Counted from the stretch's first letter, positions 27,274 through 37,704 are shown. The stretch: 64,000 bases of DNA from Patescibacteria group bacterium (GCA_035269015.1 DATFJU010000031.1:41326-105325), one strand, 5' to 3'. Numbers and translations are program-made. The notes: a model not told the origin generated them from the letters alone.

Positions 27274-28413
27274 ATGAAAATAGCCTTAATTAACAATCTC
27301 TATGCTCAGCAAAAAAGAGGTGGAGCAGAAATAATTGTAGAAAAACTAAAACATGCTCTTGAAAAACAAGGCCATGATTGTTTTGTTATCTCTACTGCTC
27401 CCAAAAAAATTAGTAAAAATACTAATAATAATGAGAACTATTTAATTAGTTCACTGTATTATAATCTTCATAAACAACCCTACATATTTAGACTACTATG
27501 GCACTTATACAAACAGATAGAATGTAAGTCAGTTATTAAAGTAAAAAAAATACTTGAACATGAAAAACCGGATTTAATTATTAGCCACAACCTCACAGGT
27601 TTCGGTATTAAAATATACAAAATTATAAACCAATTAAATATTCCTCATATTCATTATTTGCACGACAGCCAAATGCTTCATCCTGCTGGCAGAATAATAC
27701 ACAATCAAGAAAATATAATTAATTCTTTTTTTGCCCGTCTTTATCAAACAATACAAAAAAAATATAGTAAAAAAGCTGACTTAATTATTTCACCCTCTAA
27801 ATGGCTACTAACATTACACCTAGACAAAGGTTTCTTCAAAGATACTAAAGTCTGGCAAAAATTTAATCCTGTTGAAAATACTGAAATTAAAGACAAAAAA
27901 AGAAATTCTAAATTTACCTTTATATATATTGGCCAAATTGATAAAAACAAAGGAGTGGAATTAATGATAAAATCTTTTATTAAAATACCAGAAAACAAGG
28001 CAGAGCTTAAAATAATTGGAGATGGAAAAACTTTAAACGCTTTAAAACAAAAATATGATAAATATATAAACATTATTTTCTTAGGCAGACTATCATATCA
28101 AGAATCCATGCAGGAACTTAGTATTGCCGATACCTTGGTATTACCATCTTTAATATATGAAAATTCCCCCACTGCCCTCTTTGATGCTTTGAAATTAAAC
28201 AAAAATATAATAGCCTCAAACTTAGGTGGTAATAGCGAAATACTTAAAAAATACTATGGACAATTAGTTAGTCCTAATAATATTGATTCTCTAAGCACTG
28301 CTATGAGTAATTCTTTAAATAAAAATGAAAGAGACAAAAAACCTGCAGATCTCAGTGACCTACAGGCTAAAGTGTATATACAAGAATTACTAAAGCAACT
28401 ACATCTTTCTTAA
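27274..28413 (+). CDS. GT4 glycosyltransferase
   Basis: RGGAE, HLHD-like motif, IGQIDKNKG, ENSPTALFDA. Confidence 0.9.
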   Translation: MKIALINNLYAQQKRGGAEIIVEKLKHALEKQGHDCFVISTAPKKISKNTNNNENYLISSLYYNLHKQPYIFRLLWHLYKQIECKSVIKVKKILEHEKPDLIISHNLTGFGIKIYKIINQLNIPHIHYLHDSQMLHPAGRIIHNQENIINSFFARLYQTIQKKYSKKADLIISPSKWLLTLHLDKGFFKDTKVWQKFNPVENTEIKDKKRNSKFTFIYIGQIDKNKGVELMIKSFIKIPENKAELKIIGDGKTLNALKQKYDKYINIIFLGRLSYQESMQELSIADTLVLPSLIYENSPTALFDALKLNKNIIASNLGGNSEILKKYYGQLVSPNNIDSLSTAMSNSLNKNERDKKPADLSDLQAKVYIQELLKQLHLS

Positions 28414-29415
28414 ACGCTTTCTGGCTTGCAAATCAAAGATAGTCTTCTTTATACCATTATTTAAAGTAGTGATAGGCATCCAGCCTAGTTCATTTCTAGC
28501 TTTATGAATATCAGGGGTAAGTAATGGTGTCATAAATATTTTACTTGATTTATACACAATCTTAGACTTGGACTCAGTAGCTTCAATTATTTTTTTAGCT
28601 AAATCAGTAATATTAACATCAACATCTGAACCAATATTAAACGGGCCTGCTAACTCTGATTCCATAAACTTTAAAGCACCATCAATAGCATCACTAATAT
28701 AACAAAGAGAAGAAGAAAAATTCTCATCACCATTTATTTCAACGTCTTTACCCTCTAAAGCGTTGGCCACCATATCAGGAATCATCTGCCCATCACCTAA
28801 AGTCATACGAGGACCAAAAGTCCTAAAAAGTCTAATTATTTTAGCATCAATATGCTTTTGTTCTCTATAAGTATATACTAAAGTCTCCGCAAACCTTTTA
28901 CCTTCGTCATAACAGGCGCGTTGACTGGTTGTAGAAACTTGCCCCATATCTGTTTCATTAACTTGATAATCTCTTAATTCTTTTCTTTTAAAGCCATAAA
29001 CAACAGAAGAAGAAAATTGCATAAACTTTGACTTATATTTCACTGCTAAATCTAATAAATTCTTAACCGCTAATGAATTGGCATTAATAATATCTAATTT
29101 ATTTTTAACAAAATTATCAGGTGACATTGGACAAGCTAAATTATATATTTCTTGTATTCCTTGAAAATTAATTTTAAATCTTTTCAAGCTATTCATTTTT
29201 TCTAGATCAATAGGCTCCGATAAATCATGATTTAAAAAAGTAAAATTAGAATTTGAAAGTAAGTGATCTATGTTTTTCTCTGAACCAGTAGAAAAATTGT
29301 CTATACAAATAACTTTAGCTTCTTTAACTAGCTCATCACATAAATGTGAACCAATAAAACCTGCACCACCTGCTACGATTACATTTTTTTTATCAAAAAT
29401 TATTTTTTTATCCAT
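28399..29415 (-). CDS. NAD-dependent nucleotide-sugar SDR, UDP-glucuronate decarboxylase-like
   Basis: GGAGFIGSHL, IDNFSTG, YNLACPMSP, CYDEGKRFAE, FGPRM. Confidence 0.85.
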   Translation of the reverse strand: MDKKIIFDKKNVIVAGGAGFIGSHLCDELVKEAKVICIDNFSTGSEKNIDHLLSNSNFTFLNHDLSEPIDLEKMNSLKRFKINFQGIQEIYNLACPMSPDNFVKNKLDIINANSLAVKNLLDLAVKYKSKFMQFSSSVVYGFKRKELRDYQVNETDMGQVSTTSQRACYDEGKRFAETLVYTYREQKHIDAKIIRLFRTFGPRMTLGDGQMIPDMVANALEGKDVEINGDENFSSSLCYISDAIDGALKFMESELAGPFNIGSDVDVNITDLAKKIIEATESKSKIVYKSSKIFMTPLLTPDIHKARNELGWMPITTLNNGIKKTIFDLQARKRLRKM

Positions 29416-29430
29416 ATTATTAAAATTATT

Positions 29431-31461
29431 TTATTTTCTTATTGAAATATAACTTACATCAACTCCTAAATTATTAGTAGCCTCACCCGCATAAAAACCT
29501 TGCAATACTTTAGCTTCATTATTATAAACTCTTACATGCGGCGCTCCGCCTGGTCCAGCACCAGTAATAATATCAGCTAAACCATTAATATCTGTATCAC
29601 CCACACTTATACTAACCCCTTCTTTAAATTTAGGTGCATAAGCTAAGAATTTTTCTTTAAGTTGGGCTTTATCATTAAACACTCTTATTTCTGGTTCAAT
29701 CCCAGGTCCAGGTGAAGTAATTATTTCTTTTTTATTTCTATCTCTTAAACCATCAATATCTCCAATAGCAATTTCAACCCCTGCTCTACTGTTTTTATCA
29801 TAAGCAAAAAATTGTCCACTAAGATTACCATGCATATCAAAAATTCTTACTTGGGGACCTGATCCCGCTTTAGTTGAACTAACAATTTCAGCTTTACCAT
29901 CACCACTTATATCTCCCACCGCTAAATTAACTCCAATATTCATATTTTTATAAGCACTAAATTCACTAAGAAGTCTTCCTCTAAGATTATAAACTTTAAT
30001 ACGTGAATTATCTCCAGAATCTAAAGTAGTGACAATTTCATCAACTCCATCTTTATTCACATCTCCCACCGCTACATTGACTCCATGCCTCAAACTTGAA
30101 TCAAAAGCAAAAAATTGAGATTTAAGTTCTCCCTCAATATCAAAAACTCTAACATGAGCTCCTCCACCACTTTTAGCACCAACAACTATTTCATTAACTC
30201 CATCACCATCAACATCGCCACTGTTAATATTCATACCTCCTTTAAAATTTTCGCTATAAGCTAAAAAGGAAGATATCTCTGTTCCCTCCTCGTCTCTAAT
30301 ATATATTCGAGGTTCAGAACCTATATGAGAACTCGTAATAATATGTGGTTTTTGTGAACTTAATTTTAACCAGGCTATATCCACCGCTCTATCAACATTA
30401 ACCCTACCTCGACCCAGCTTACCTAAATAATCTGGATTAAGTCTTCTAATATCATCAGTACTAGACATCAAAATATTCATAGCTTCTTGCTTACTAATAG
30501 TAGGATTAATACTAAGTATTAAAGCTAACGAACCGCTAATAACTGGAGTGGCCATAGAAGTACCTGACCAATAACCATCATAAAGTTTGGAAAACTGATT
30601 TTGATCAAAACCAGGATTAGAAGCTACTGTACCAAAAAAGCTCACTCCTGGAGCACTAATATCAATACAATTTACACCATAACTAGAAAATTCTGCTTTT
30701 TGATCCAGAGCATCTGTAGCTGCAACACCTATAACCATATTATTATCACCATCGTGACAAGCTGGATAAAGTGGTACCTCATCTACATCATAACTAACAT
30801 CATTATTATTTTCATTACCCCCTGCTGCTACCACTAAAACTCCAGCTTCATGAGCTCTTTTAATAGCTTCTTGGAGTCCTTGGCTATAGTTTTCTCCTAC
30901 AAAACTAAAGTTAATAATATGAGCACCATTTTGTATAGCATAATCAACTGCTCTAATCACATCCCGCATACTACCAGCGCCAGCATCATTTAAAACCTTA
31001 AGAGGCATTATCTTACTTTCCCAACTAATCCCTGCTACTCCCACCTTGTTATTACCTTGAGCAGCAATAATACCTGAAACAATAGTACCATGAGAAAGTC
31101 CTCCCTCGGTCCAGCTTTCAGTAAAATCTGGAGAAGGATTATTATTGTCACCTACAAAATCCCAACCATTAACATCGTCAATAAAACCATTAGCATCATC
31201 ATCTATACCATTATCAACTATTTCCTTAGAATTTTGCCAAATATTATTTTTCAAATCAGGATGATTAATTTGCACACCACCATCAATCACAGCCACCACA
31301 ATCTCCTTAGCGCCAGTAGTTCTCTCCCAAGCACTTGGTGCATTAATTTTTTCTAAGTACCACTGCCTATCATAATACCTATCATTTGGCTCTAAAGCTA
31401 AAGATAAACTAGGTGTAGCTAAAAATATAAATATAAAAAATGTAATCAAAATTTTCTTCAT
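29431..31461 (-). CDS. Secreted subtilase (S8) with C-terminal FG-GAP-like repeats
   Basis: Signal peptide; triad VAVIDGG / SHGT / SGTSMATP; repeats F.AY...GD..GDG..EI...G.G...RVF. Confidence 0.93.
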   Translation of the reverse strand: MKKILITFFIFIFLATPSLSLALEPNDRYYDRQWYLEKINAPSAWERTTGAKEIVVAVIDGGVQINHPDLKNNIWQNSKEIVDNGIDDDANGFIDDVNGWDFVGDNNNPSPDFTESWTEGGLSHGTIVSGIIAAQGNNKVGVAGISWESKIMPLKVLNDAGAGSMRDVIRAVDYAIQNGAHIINFSFVGENYSQGLQEAIKRAHEAGVLVVAAGGNENNNDVSYDVDEVPLYPACHDGDNNMVIGVAATDALDQKAEFSSYGVNCIDISAPGVSFFGTVASNPGFDQNQFSKLYDGYWSGTSMATPVISGSLALILSINPTISKQEAMNILMSSTDDIRRLNPDYLGKLGRGRVNVDRAVDIAWLKLSSQKPHIITSSHIGSEPRIYIRDEEGTEISSFLAYSENFKGGMNINSGDVDGDGVNEIVVGAKSGGGAHVRVFDIEGELKSQFFAFDSSLRHGVNVAVGDVNKDGVDEIVTTLDSGDNSRIKVYNLRGRLLSEFSAYKNMNIGVNLAVGDISGDGKAEIVSSTKAGSGPQVRIFDMHGNLSGQFFAYDKNSRAGVEIAIGDIDGLRDRNKKEIITSPGPGIEPEIRVFNDKAQLKEKFLAYAPKFKEGVSISVGDTDINGLADIITGAGPGGAPHVRVYNNEAKVLQGFYAGEATNNLGVDVSYISIRK

Positions 31462-31520
31462 AGTACTCTTATTCTACCATTACTTAGCTCTTTAATGCAA
31501 TTAATGTTAATAAAATTATT

Positions 31521-31544
31521 AAAAAATACCCAGTGACTGGGTAT
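31521..31544 (-). terminator. Intrinsic terminator after GT4 gene
   Basis: ATACCCAG-3 nt-CTGGGTAT followed by U-tract on minus strand. Confidence 0.7.
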
Positions 31545-31568
31545 GACATAAAATATATTTATATTTTA

Positions 31569-32849
31569 TTACATTTCCTTAATTTGTTTTAATGTCTCTT
31601 TAGCTGCTTTTCCCCAAGAAAATAATTTAGCTCTCTCTAAACCTTTAATTTTTAAATTATTTCTCAATTCCTCATCATTGACTAAAGTGTGCATAGCCTG
31701 ACTAATAGCATATTTATCATAAGGATCAAAAAATAAAGCGCTATCACCTGCCACCTCTTTCATAACTTCAATATTACTGACCGCTGAAGGGACACCACAG
31801 GCAAGCGCCTGGATAACAGGAATGCCAAAACCTTCATGACGAGTTGGGAAGATAAAAGCACTGGCACCATTATATATGTAAGGCATATCTTTTTCTGCTA
31901 CCCAGCCCAACATAATTACTTCTAAATCTAAATCAAATTCCTCAATATAATATTTAACATCATCATAACCATGACTAGCATCACCAATTAAAACTAACTT
32001 ATGTTTTATCTCTGGATTGTTTTCTTTTAGTATTGCTAAAGCTTCAATAAGATTAGGTGTATTTTTCTTTTTCTCTAATCTACCTACATAAAGAAAATAT
32101 TTTTCATGTAAACCATACTTCTTACAAACCTGATGTATCTCCTCTTTATCATCAATAAGACGATATAATTTATTATTATAACCATTATGTATTACTGTCA
32201 TTTTTTCAGCTTTAGTTTTATAGACATCAATGATTTCTTTTTTAGTAAAATGAGAAACAGTAATTATTTTCTTGGCAGTTTGTAGAGCAAACTTAGTGGA
32301 CCAATCAAGATAGTCTAAATTATTTAAACTATATTTATTAAAACTTAATATTTTAACTATTATATTAGTTATTCTTCTAAAAAAACCTGCTTCCTCCCAA
32401 GCCATCTTTTTACTATATATAGACCCTTCTCTTTTAAAAGCAATATCGTGAATAGTAGTTATAGTACGTTTAGGATGAATTAAAGGTATAGTGTGTGCTG
32501 GTACAAACAAAACATCTGGAGCCTTAAAAATCATTTGCAAAGAAAATCTTCCTAGTGTCCATAAATAAGAAAAAGGCCAGCGTAGGACCTTTCCTTTAAA
32601 ATTATTATGTGGACTTTTAATAATTTGATAACCATATTTATCAAACTTAGGCTTTTCATCCATTAGCTCAAAATTCTCACCTTTTTGTGTAAAATCTACT
32701 AAACCTCCAATTAAAGGTTTGTCAGTATAAAGTATATATTGATTTTCAGAGTCTATCTCGGCTAAGGCTTTAATTAAATAATAAGAATACCATTCTGTTC
32801 CAGTTTTGTGTCGACGATTAGCTCTGCTTGCATCTATGCCAATTATCAT
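31569..32849 (-). CDS. GT4 glycosyltransferase
   Basis: IGIDASRA..TGTEWY, TIHDI, VGRLEKKKN, EGFGIPVIQA. Confidence 0.92.
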   Translation of the reverse strand: MIIGIDASRANRRHKTGTEWYSYYLIKALAEIDSENQYILYTDKPLIGGLVDFTQKGENFELMDEKPKFDKYGYQIIKSPHNNFKGKVLRWPFSYLWTLGRFSLQMIFKAPDVLFVPAHTIPLIHPKRTITTIHDIAFKREGSIYSKKMAWEEAGFFRRITNIIVKILSFNKYSLNNLDYLDWSTKFALQTAKKIITVSHFTKKEIIDVYKTKAEKMTVIHNGYNNKLYRLIDDKEEIHQVCKKYGLHEKYFLYVGRLEKKKNTPNLIEALAILKENNPEIKHKLVLIGDASHGYDDVKYYIEEFDLDLEVIMLGWVAEKDMPYIYNGASAFIFPTRHEGFGIPVIQALACGVPSAVSNIEVMKEVAGDSALFFDPYDKYAISQAMHTLVNDEELRNNLKIKGLERAKLFSWGKAAKETLKQIKEM

Positions 32850-32860
32850 ATTTAACTTTG

Positions 32861-33868
32861 TTATTTAGTTGCTAATATTGATCTCTTATATGAGTCAAGA
32901 TTTTCTAGAGCTGTGCCTGTGCCTTTAGCCACACAAAGTAATGCATCATCTGCAATATAAGCTGGCACACCTGTAGTTCTAGAAAAAAGTTGATCTATAT
33001 TTCTAAGTAAAGCACTACCCCCTGAAATAACCATACCTTTATCCATAATATCAGCTGCTAACTCTGGAGGAGTATTATTTAAAACTTTCTTAGCTGCATT
33101 TATTATCGCTTCCAATTCATTTTGTATAGATTCAGTAATATCATCACTACTTACCACGATAGATCTAGGCAGCCCTGTCATAATATCTCTACCTCTAATT
33201 TCCATACTAAGTTTATCTTCAATAAATAAAGCTGATCCAATGTTAATCTTTAACTCCTCAGCTGTACGCTCACCAATAGCTAAGTTATATTTCTTTTTAA
33301 TAAATTCTAAAATAGACTTATCAAATTTATTCCCTCCAACTCTAACAGAGGCTGAATAAACCACACCACCCAAAGAGATTACCGCCATTTCTGATGTTCC
33401 ACCACCAATATCAACTATCATATGACCAGTCGCTGAACCAATTGGTATTTCAGCACCAATAGCAGCTGCTACTGGTTCTTTAATAATATAAGCGGCCTTA
33501 GCTCCAGCAGCAATTGTAGCCTCTACTACTGCTCTTCTTTCAGTAGAAGAAATACCAGCTGGCACTGCTACCATAACCTCTGGTCTAAACAATCTAATAC
33601 CTCCTAAAGTTTTATTAATAAAGTACCTAATCATAGCTTCAGTAATACGATAATCAGCAATAACACCATCTTTTAAGGGTTTTACAGCAATAATAGAATC
33701 AGGCGTTCTACCTAACATATCCTTAGCTTCATTACCAACTGCTAATATTTTTCTATCATCCACTGAAACAGCCACAACTGATGGTTCATTAATTACTATT
33801 CCTCTTTTAGGTAAGTATACTAGAGTGTAAGTTGTACCTAAATCAATCCCTATTTTTTTTGCAAACAT
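32861..33868 (-). CDS. MreB/Mbl-family actin homologue (stand-alone paralogue)
   Basis: IGIDLGT, EPSVVA, PLKDGVIAD, DIGGGT, TPPELAADI. Confidence 0.95.
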   Translation of the reverse strand: MFAKKIGIDLGTTYTLVYLPKRGIVINEPSVVAVSVDDRKILAVGNEAKDMLGRTPDSIIAVKPLKDGVIADYRITEAMIRYFINKTLGGIRLFRPEVMVAVPAGISSTERRAVVEATIAAGAKAAYIIKEPVAAAIGAEIPIGSATGHMIVDIGGGTSEMAVISLGGVVYSASVRVGGNKFDKSILEFIKKKYNLAIGERTAEELKINIGSALFIEDKLSMEIRGRDIMTGLPRSIVVSSDDITESIQNELEAIINAAKKVLNNTPPELAADIMDKGMVISGGSALLRNIDQLFSRTTGVPAYIADDALLCVAKGTGTALENLDSYKRSILATK

Positions 33869-33928
33869 AAGTTAATTTAAAAATAGCTAATACTTTATAT
33901 TAGCTTATAATCAAGACTTTAGTCAATA

Positions 33929-34333
33929 CTAAAAACCATTACCACTATTTTGTTTGTTATTTAAAATTCTAATTACTTTTTCTGAAAACTCATTAATATC
34001 AAAATCTGTTTTAATAAAGTAATAGTCAGCTCCTAACTCCATACTACGATTCTTACTATCTTCATCACTAAGATCAGTAAAGACAAAAACTGATAAATCT
34101 TTAAGCTCATCTTCAGATCTAATAGCTTCCAAAAGTTCAAAACCATCTAAGTCAGGTAAAATTAAATCTAAAATTACATAATCAAACTTACTTTTTTTAA
34201 TATAAGCTAAAAGCTCTTCTAAAGTTTCTTCTCCGGTAGTGATTTCTACTTCATAACCTTCCGAACTAAAACGAGATTGTAAGCCATAGAGTAAATTGGC
34301 ATCATCTTCAATGATATATATTTTTTTACTCAT
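33929..34333 (-). CDS. Single-domain response regulator
   Basis: IIEDD, ILDLILPDLDG, VFT, GADYYFIK; no output domain or adjacent kinase. Confidence 0.9.
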   Translation of the reverse strand: MSKKIYIIEDDANLLYGLQSRFSSEGYEVEITTGEETLEELLAYIKKSKFDYVILDLILPDLDGFELLEAIRSEDELKDLSVFVFTDLSDEDSKNRSMELGADYYFIKTDFDINEFSEKVIRILNNKQNSGNGF

Positions 34334-34365
34334 ATTTTTTGTTGTTAAAATTATTTAAACTTTAT

Positions 34366-35331
34366 TTAAGCTTTTAATTTTTTCCACCAGGCATTATTTT
34401 TTTTATACCAGTTTACTGTATCCTTTAATCCTTCTTCAAAACTAATCCTGGGCTCCCAGTTAAGTTCACTCTTGGCCTTACTATAATTGATAGCATAGCG
34501 CAGATCATGACCAGCTCTATCTTTTACATATTCTATCATACTATCATCAGTATTCATTATTTCAAGAATCTTTTTAGTAATCTCTAAATTACTAAACTCA
34601 CTATTTCCTCCTAGTAAATAAATTTCACCAGCTTTTCCCTTCTTTATAATAGCTTCTAGTCCCCGACTATGATCATCAACGTGTATCCAGTCTCTAATAT
34701 TATCACCCTTCCCATAAATCGGTATTTTTTTACCTTCCATTAAATTTGTTAAAAACAAGGGGATTAGTTTTTCTGGATATTGATAAGGACCATAATTATT
34801 AGAACAATTAGAAATAGTAATTGGCAAATTATGGGTGTGAAAATAAGCTCTAACTAAATGATCTGAGGCAGCCTTAGAGGCGCTATAGGGACTTCTGGGA
34901 TCATAGGGGGTATTTTCATTAAAAGGAGCATCTTGAAAAGATAAGGCACCAAAAACCTCATCAGTAGAAACATGATGGAATCTTGAAACACCAGCTTTTC
35001 TAGCTTCATCAAGTAAAACTCTTGTGCCTTCCACATTGGTACGTATAAAATCTTCACTATCTTGTATAGATCTATCTACATGACTCTCAGCTGCTAAGTG
35101 CACCACCACATCAACATCTTTCATTAAAGTTTTAACTAACTCCCTGTCACAAATATCACCTTTAACAAAACTATAATTACTATTATTTTCAATATCTTTT
35201 AAATTATCCAAATTACCAGCATAAGTTAATTTATCTAAATTAACTACTTCATCACTACTGTTATTTTTAAGCCAGTAGTGGATAAAGTTTGAACCGATAA
35301 AACCAGCTCCGCCAGTAATAAGTAATTTCAT
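34366..35331 (-). CDS. rfbB: dTDP-glucose 4,6-dehydratase
   Basis: TGGAGFIGSNF, DKLTYAGN, AAESHVDRSI, STDEV, YSASKA, NCSNNYGP. Confidence 0.97.
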   Translation of the reverse strand: MKLLITGGAGFIGSNFIHYWLKNNSSDEVVNLDKLTYAGNLDNLKDIENNSNYSFVKGDICDRELVKTLMKDVDVVVHLAAESHVDRSIQDSEDFIRTNVEGTRVLLDEARKAGVSRFHHVSTDEVFGALSFQDAPFNENTPYDPRSPYSASKAASDHLVRAYFHTHNLPITISNCSNNYGPYQYPEKLIPLFLTNLMEGKKIPIYGKGDNIRDWIHVDDHSRGLEAIIKKGKAGEIYLLGGNSEFSNLEITKKILEIMNTDDSMIEYVKDRAGHDLRYAINYSKAKSELNWEPRISFEEGLKDTVNWYKKNNAWWKKLKA

Positions 35332-35351
35332 ATAATAATATAATTATTAAA

Positions 35352-35756
35352 TTAATTAATCCTTATCATCTCTACAATCTTTTCTGGCTCACCATCTTTA
35401 TATTCCCTTTGTGGCCAAAGCCTTAAGTGATCTTCTGGATTTCTAGGAATAACATGAAAGTGAGTATGAGGAATTTCTTGTCCAGCTACAGGATCATTAT
35501 TTAAATTAACATTATACCCCAAGGCTAAATTATCTTTAATACTATTTCCCACTTTTTTAACTGCTTTAATAATATCAAGCAAAACCTCTTCTGGCATATT
35601 TTCTAAATTATAATAATGATCTTTAGGAACAACTAAAGTATGTCCAGGGTTGACAGGTTTTATATCTAAGAAAGCCATTACCTTATCATCTTCATATACT
35701 TTGTATGCAGGCAGTTCACCTTTTACAATTTTACAAAAAATACAATTATTATCCAT
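35352..35756 (-). CDS. HIT family nucleotide hydrolase
   Basis: CIFCKI, PGHTLVVP, HTHFHVIPR; likely start 35756. Confidence 0.94.
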   Translation of the reverse strand: MDNNCIFCKIVKGELPAYKVYEDDKVMAFLDIKPVNPGHTLVVPKDHYYNLENMPEEVLLDIIKAVKKVGNSIKDNLALGYNVNLNNDPVAGQEIPHTHFHVIPRNPEDHLRLWPQREYKDGEPEKIVEMIRIN

Positions 35757-35839
35757 ATTTATTATTCTTACTATTCTATTAATTATACAAACCAAATTAT
35801 CACTAAATTTTTAAGAAGTAAAGTTAAAATAGAATTAGG

Positions 35840-36292
35840 CTATTCAATAATGTAAGGAGAATCTTCTTTGTTTTCCCACCTTATTTCATCAATATCATCT
35901 TCTTTTTGAATACCTTTATATAATTTATTAGGTAAATTAATACTAAGAGCATCAATATCAGATATACACTTATAACCATGTACTACTCCAGGAGGAACTA
36001 TCACTAAACTAGGATTATCTTCTCCTACTGCTAATTCTAAGTGCTCTCCCTTAGTTTTAGACTCTTCCCTTCTATCCCATAAATGTAATTTAAAAGTACC
36101 AGGACCAATAAAAGCAAAAGCATCTGATTGGTAAACATGCTCATGTGGTCCTCTAACAATTCCTGGTTTAGTTAAACTAACATAACTCATAGCTGGCAAA
36201 TAATCTATATCATCATGACGATATATTTCTGTTAACCAACCTCTATCATCTTTATATTTATTTAATTTTTTTATTATTACTCCTTCTATCAT
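35840..36292 (-). CDS. dTDP-4-dehydrorhamnose 3,5-epimerase family cupin
   Basis: DDRGWLTE, RGPHEH, VPPGVVHGY. Confidence 0.85.
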   Translation of the reverse strand: MIEGVIIKKLNKYKDDRGWLTEIYRHDDIDYLPAMSYVSLTKPGIVRGPHEHVYQSDAFAFIGPGTFKLHLWDRREESKTKGEHLELAVGEDNPSLVIVPPGVVHGYKCISDIDALSINLPNKLYKGIQKEDDIDEIRWENKEDSPYIIE

Positions 36293-36321
36293 ATAGTTAA
36301 ATTTTTATATAATTAAAACTT

Positions 36322-37296
36322 TTAAATATCTTTCTTTTTAAGTAAACCATTTTGCGCACCTTGAGCTGATATTACAGAGGCTGAGTTTCTAGCCCCTAAA
36401 ATTAGAGCTTTTTGTATATCACCATCATATAATTCTAAACCATAAACAAAAGCACTATTATGAGCATCACCTACCCCAGTAGTATCAACCCTTCTTTGCT
36501 CTTTTATTATTTCTTGATTATATATTTTCTTACCATCATAAGCTATAGAACCACTTCTGCCTAAAGTAATAACTACAATTTCAGGTCCCATTTCTTTAAT
36601 AATTTTAAGTAAATTATTATTATTAAAAAAACTGTTATTTTTATTCTTATACCTCTTATCACTTATTACCAATTCAATTGCTTCATCTTTATTTAAACAC
36701 AACACCTTAGTTTTCTTGAAATACTTCTTTAAAACACTAGCACCAGCTTTTAACTGCTCAGAGCCTGGATTCCAGGCCACTTTTTTAGCTACATTCAAAG
36801 CTTGAGAAAGCATACTTTTCCAAGGCTTAGATAATGAGGTAACATAAAGCCAATCAGCTAATTCAATAGCTTTTAAAGTCTTCTTATTTAATTTTAAATC
36901 AACCTTAGAACCTCTATAAACAAAAGCAACGTGCTCACCTTTTGGACCTATTATTAGTAGGGTATGTGGGCTTAAATAATTAGAACTATTTAGAATATAA
37001 CTAATATTTACACCTTTATCTTTTAAATTCGCCTTTATCTTTTTAGCCCTCTCACCTTTTCCTAAAGCTGTGATAATACTAGAGCTAAAACCTAAATTTG
37101 AAAAACTAACTGCGCTATTAGCAGAACCGCCTCCAAAACTAGAAATCATATCATCTACAAATATTTTAGCACCATATTCAAAAGCTATGAGTTTTTGTCT
37201 AAGCAAATCCTCTTTATTATCTAAAACTTTAGCTTCTCGAGGATAGATAGTTATATCCTCAGTAGCCCCTCCTAAGGTAACAATTTTTTTATTCAT
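36322..37296 (-). CDS. PfkB family carbohydrate kinase
   Basis: GGGSANSAV, WNPG, NKDEA, DTTGVGDA. Confidence 0.92.
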   Translation of the reverse strand: MNKKIVTLGGATEDITIYPREAKVLDNKEDLLRQKLIAFEYGAKIFVDDMISSFGGGSANSAVSFSNLGFSSSIITALGKGERAKKIKANLKDKGVNISYILNSSNYLSPHTLLIIGPKGEHVAFVYRGSKVDLKLNKKTLKAIELADWLYVTSLSKPWKSMLSQALNVAKKVAWNPGSEQLKAGASVLKKYFKKTKVLCLNKDEAIELVISDKRYKNKNNSFFNNNNLLKIIKEMGPEIVVITLGRSGSIAYDGKKIYNQEIIKEQRRVDTTGVGDAHNSAFVYGLELYDGDIQKALILGARNSASVISAQGAQNGLLKKKDI

Positions 37297-37351
37297 ATCT
37301 TTAAATTACTTTTATATTTTATCATAATTAAGACAATTAGCAAAAAGGTAC

Positions 37352-37381
37352 AAAAAAAGACCTCTTATTAAAAGATCTTTT
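37352..37381 (-). terminator. Terminator after 86-aa orphan
   Basis: AGAUCUUU/AGAGGUCU stem with G-U pairs followed by U-tract. Confidence 0.5.
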
Positions 37382-37402
37382 AAGAAATTTAGTTTAAACT
37401 TA

Positions 37403-37663
37403 TTATTCAAAATAAGCTATAAATCTTTTTTTACCATTTTGATCTTGAAATATCTTGACCACAGGTAGAAATGGAAATCTTGTAATAGTAGACTCTAACT
37501 CTTTTGGTAAAATTAAATAAACATCAATTCCTGCTATGATTTGTTTAGCAGTTTTTGGATTAAAACCAGTTTCAACTAATTCCAAATCATACGAAGATGA
37601 CTCCTCGACTAAATTTTCATTTAAAAAAACAAAAGTTTCATCATTTATTTTAATTTCCTTCAT
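37403..37663 (-). CDS. Hypothetical protein (86 aa)
   Basis: ATG start with own promoter-like and terminator-like signals; no family recognised. Confidence 0.6.
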   Translation of the reverse strand: MKEIKINDETFVFLNENLVEESSSYDLELVETGFNPKTAKQIIAGIDVYLILPKELESTITRFPFLPVVKIFQDQNGKKRFIAYFE

Positions 37664-37704
37664 TATTTAATTAATTTTAAAGTTCGACAATTATTTATAA
37701 TTAG

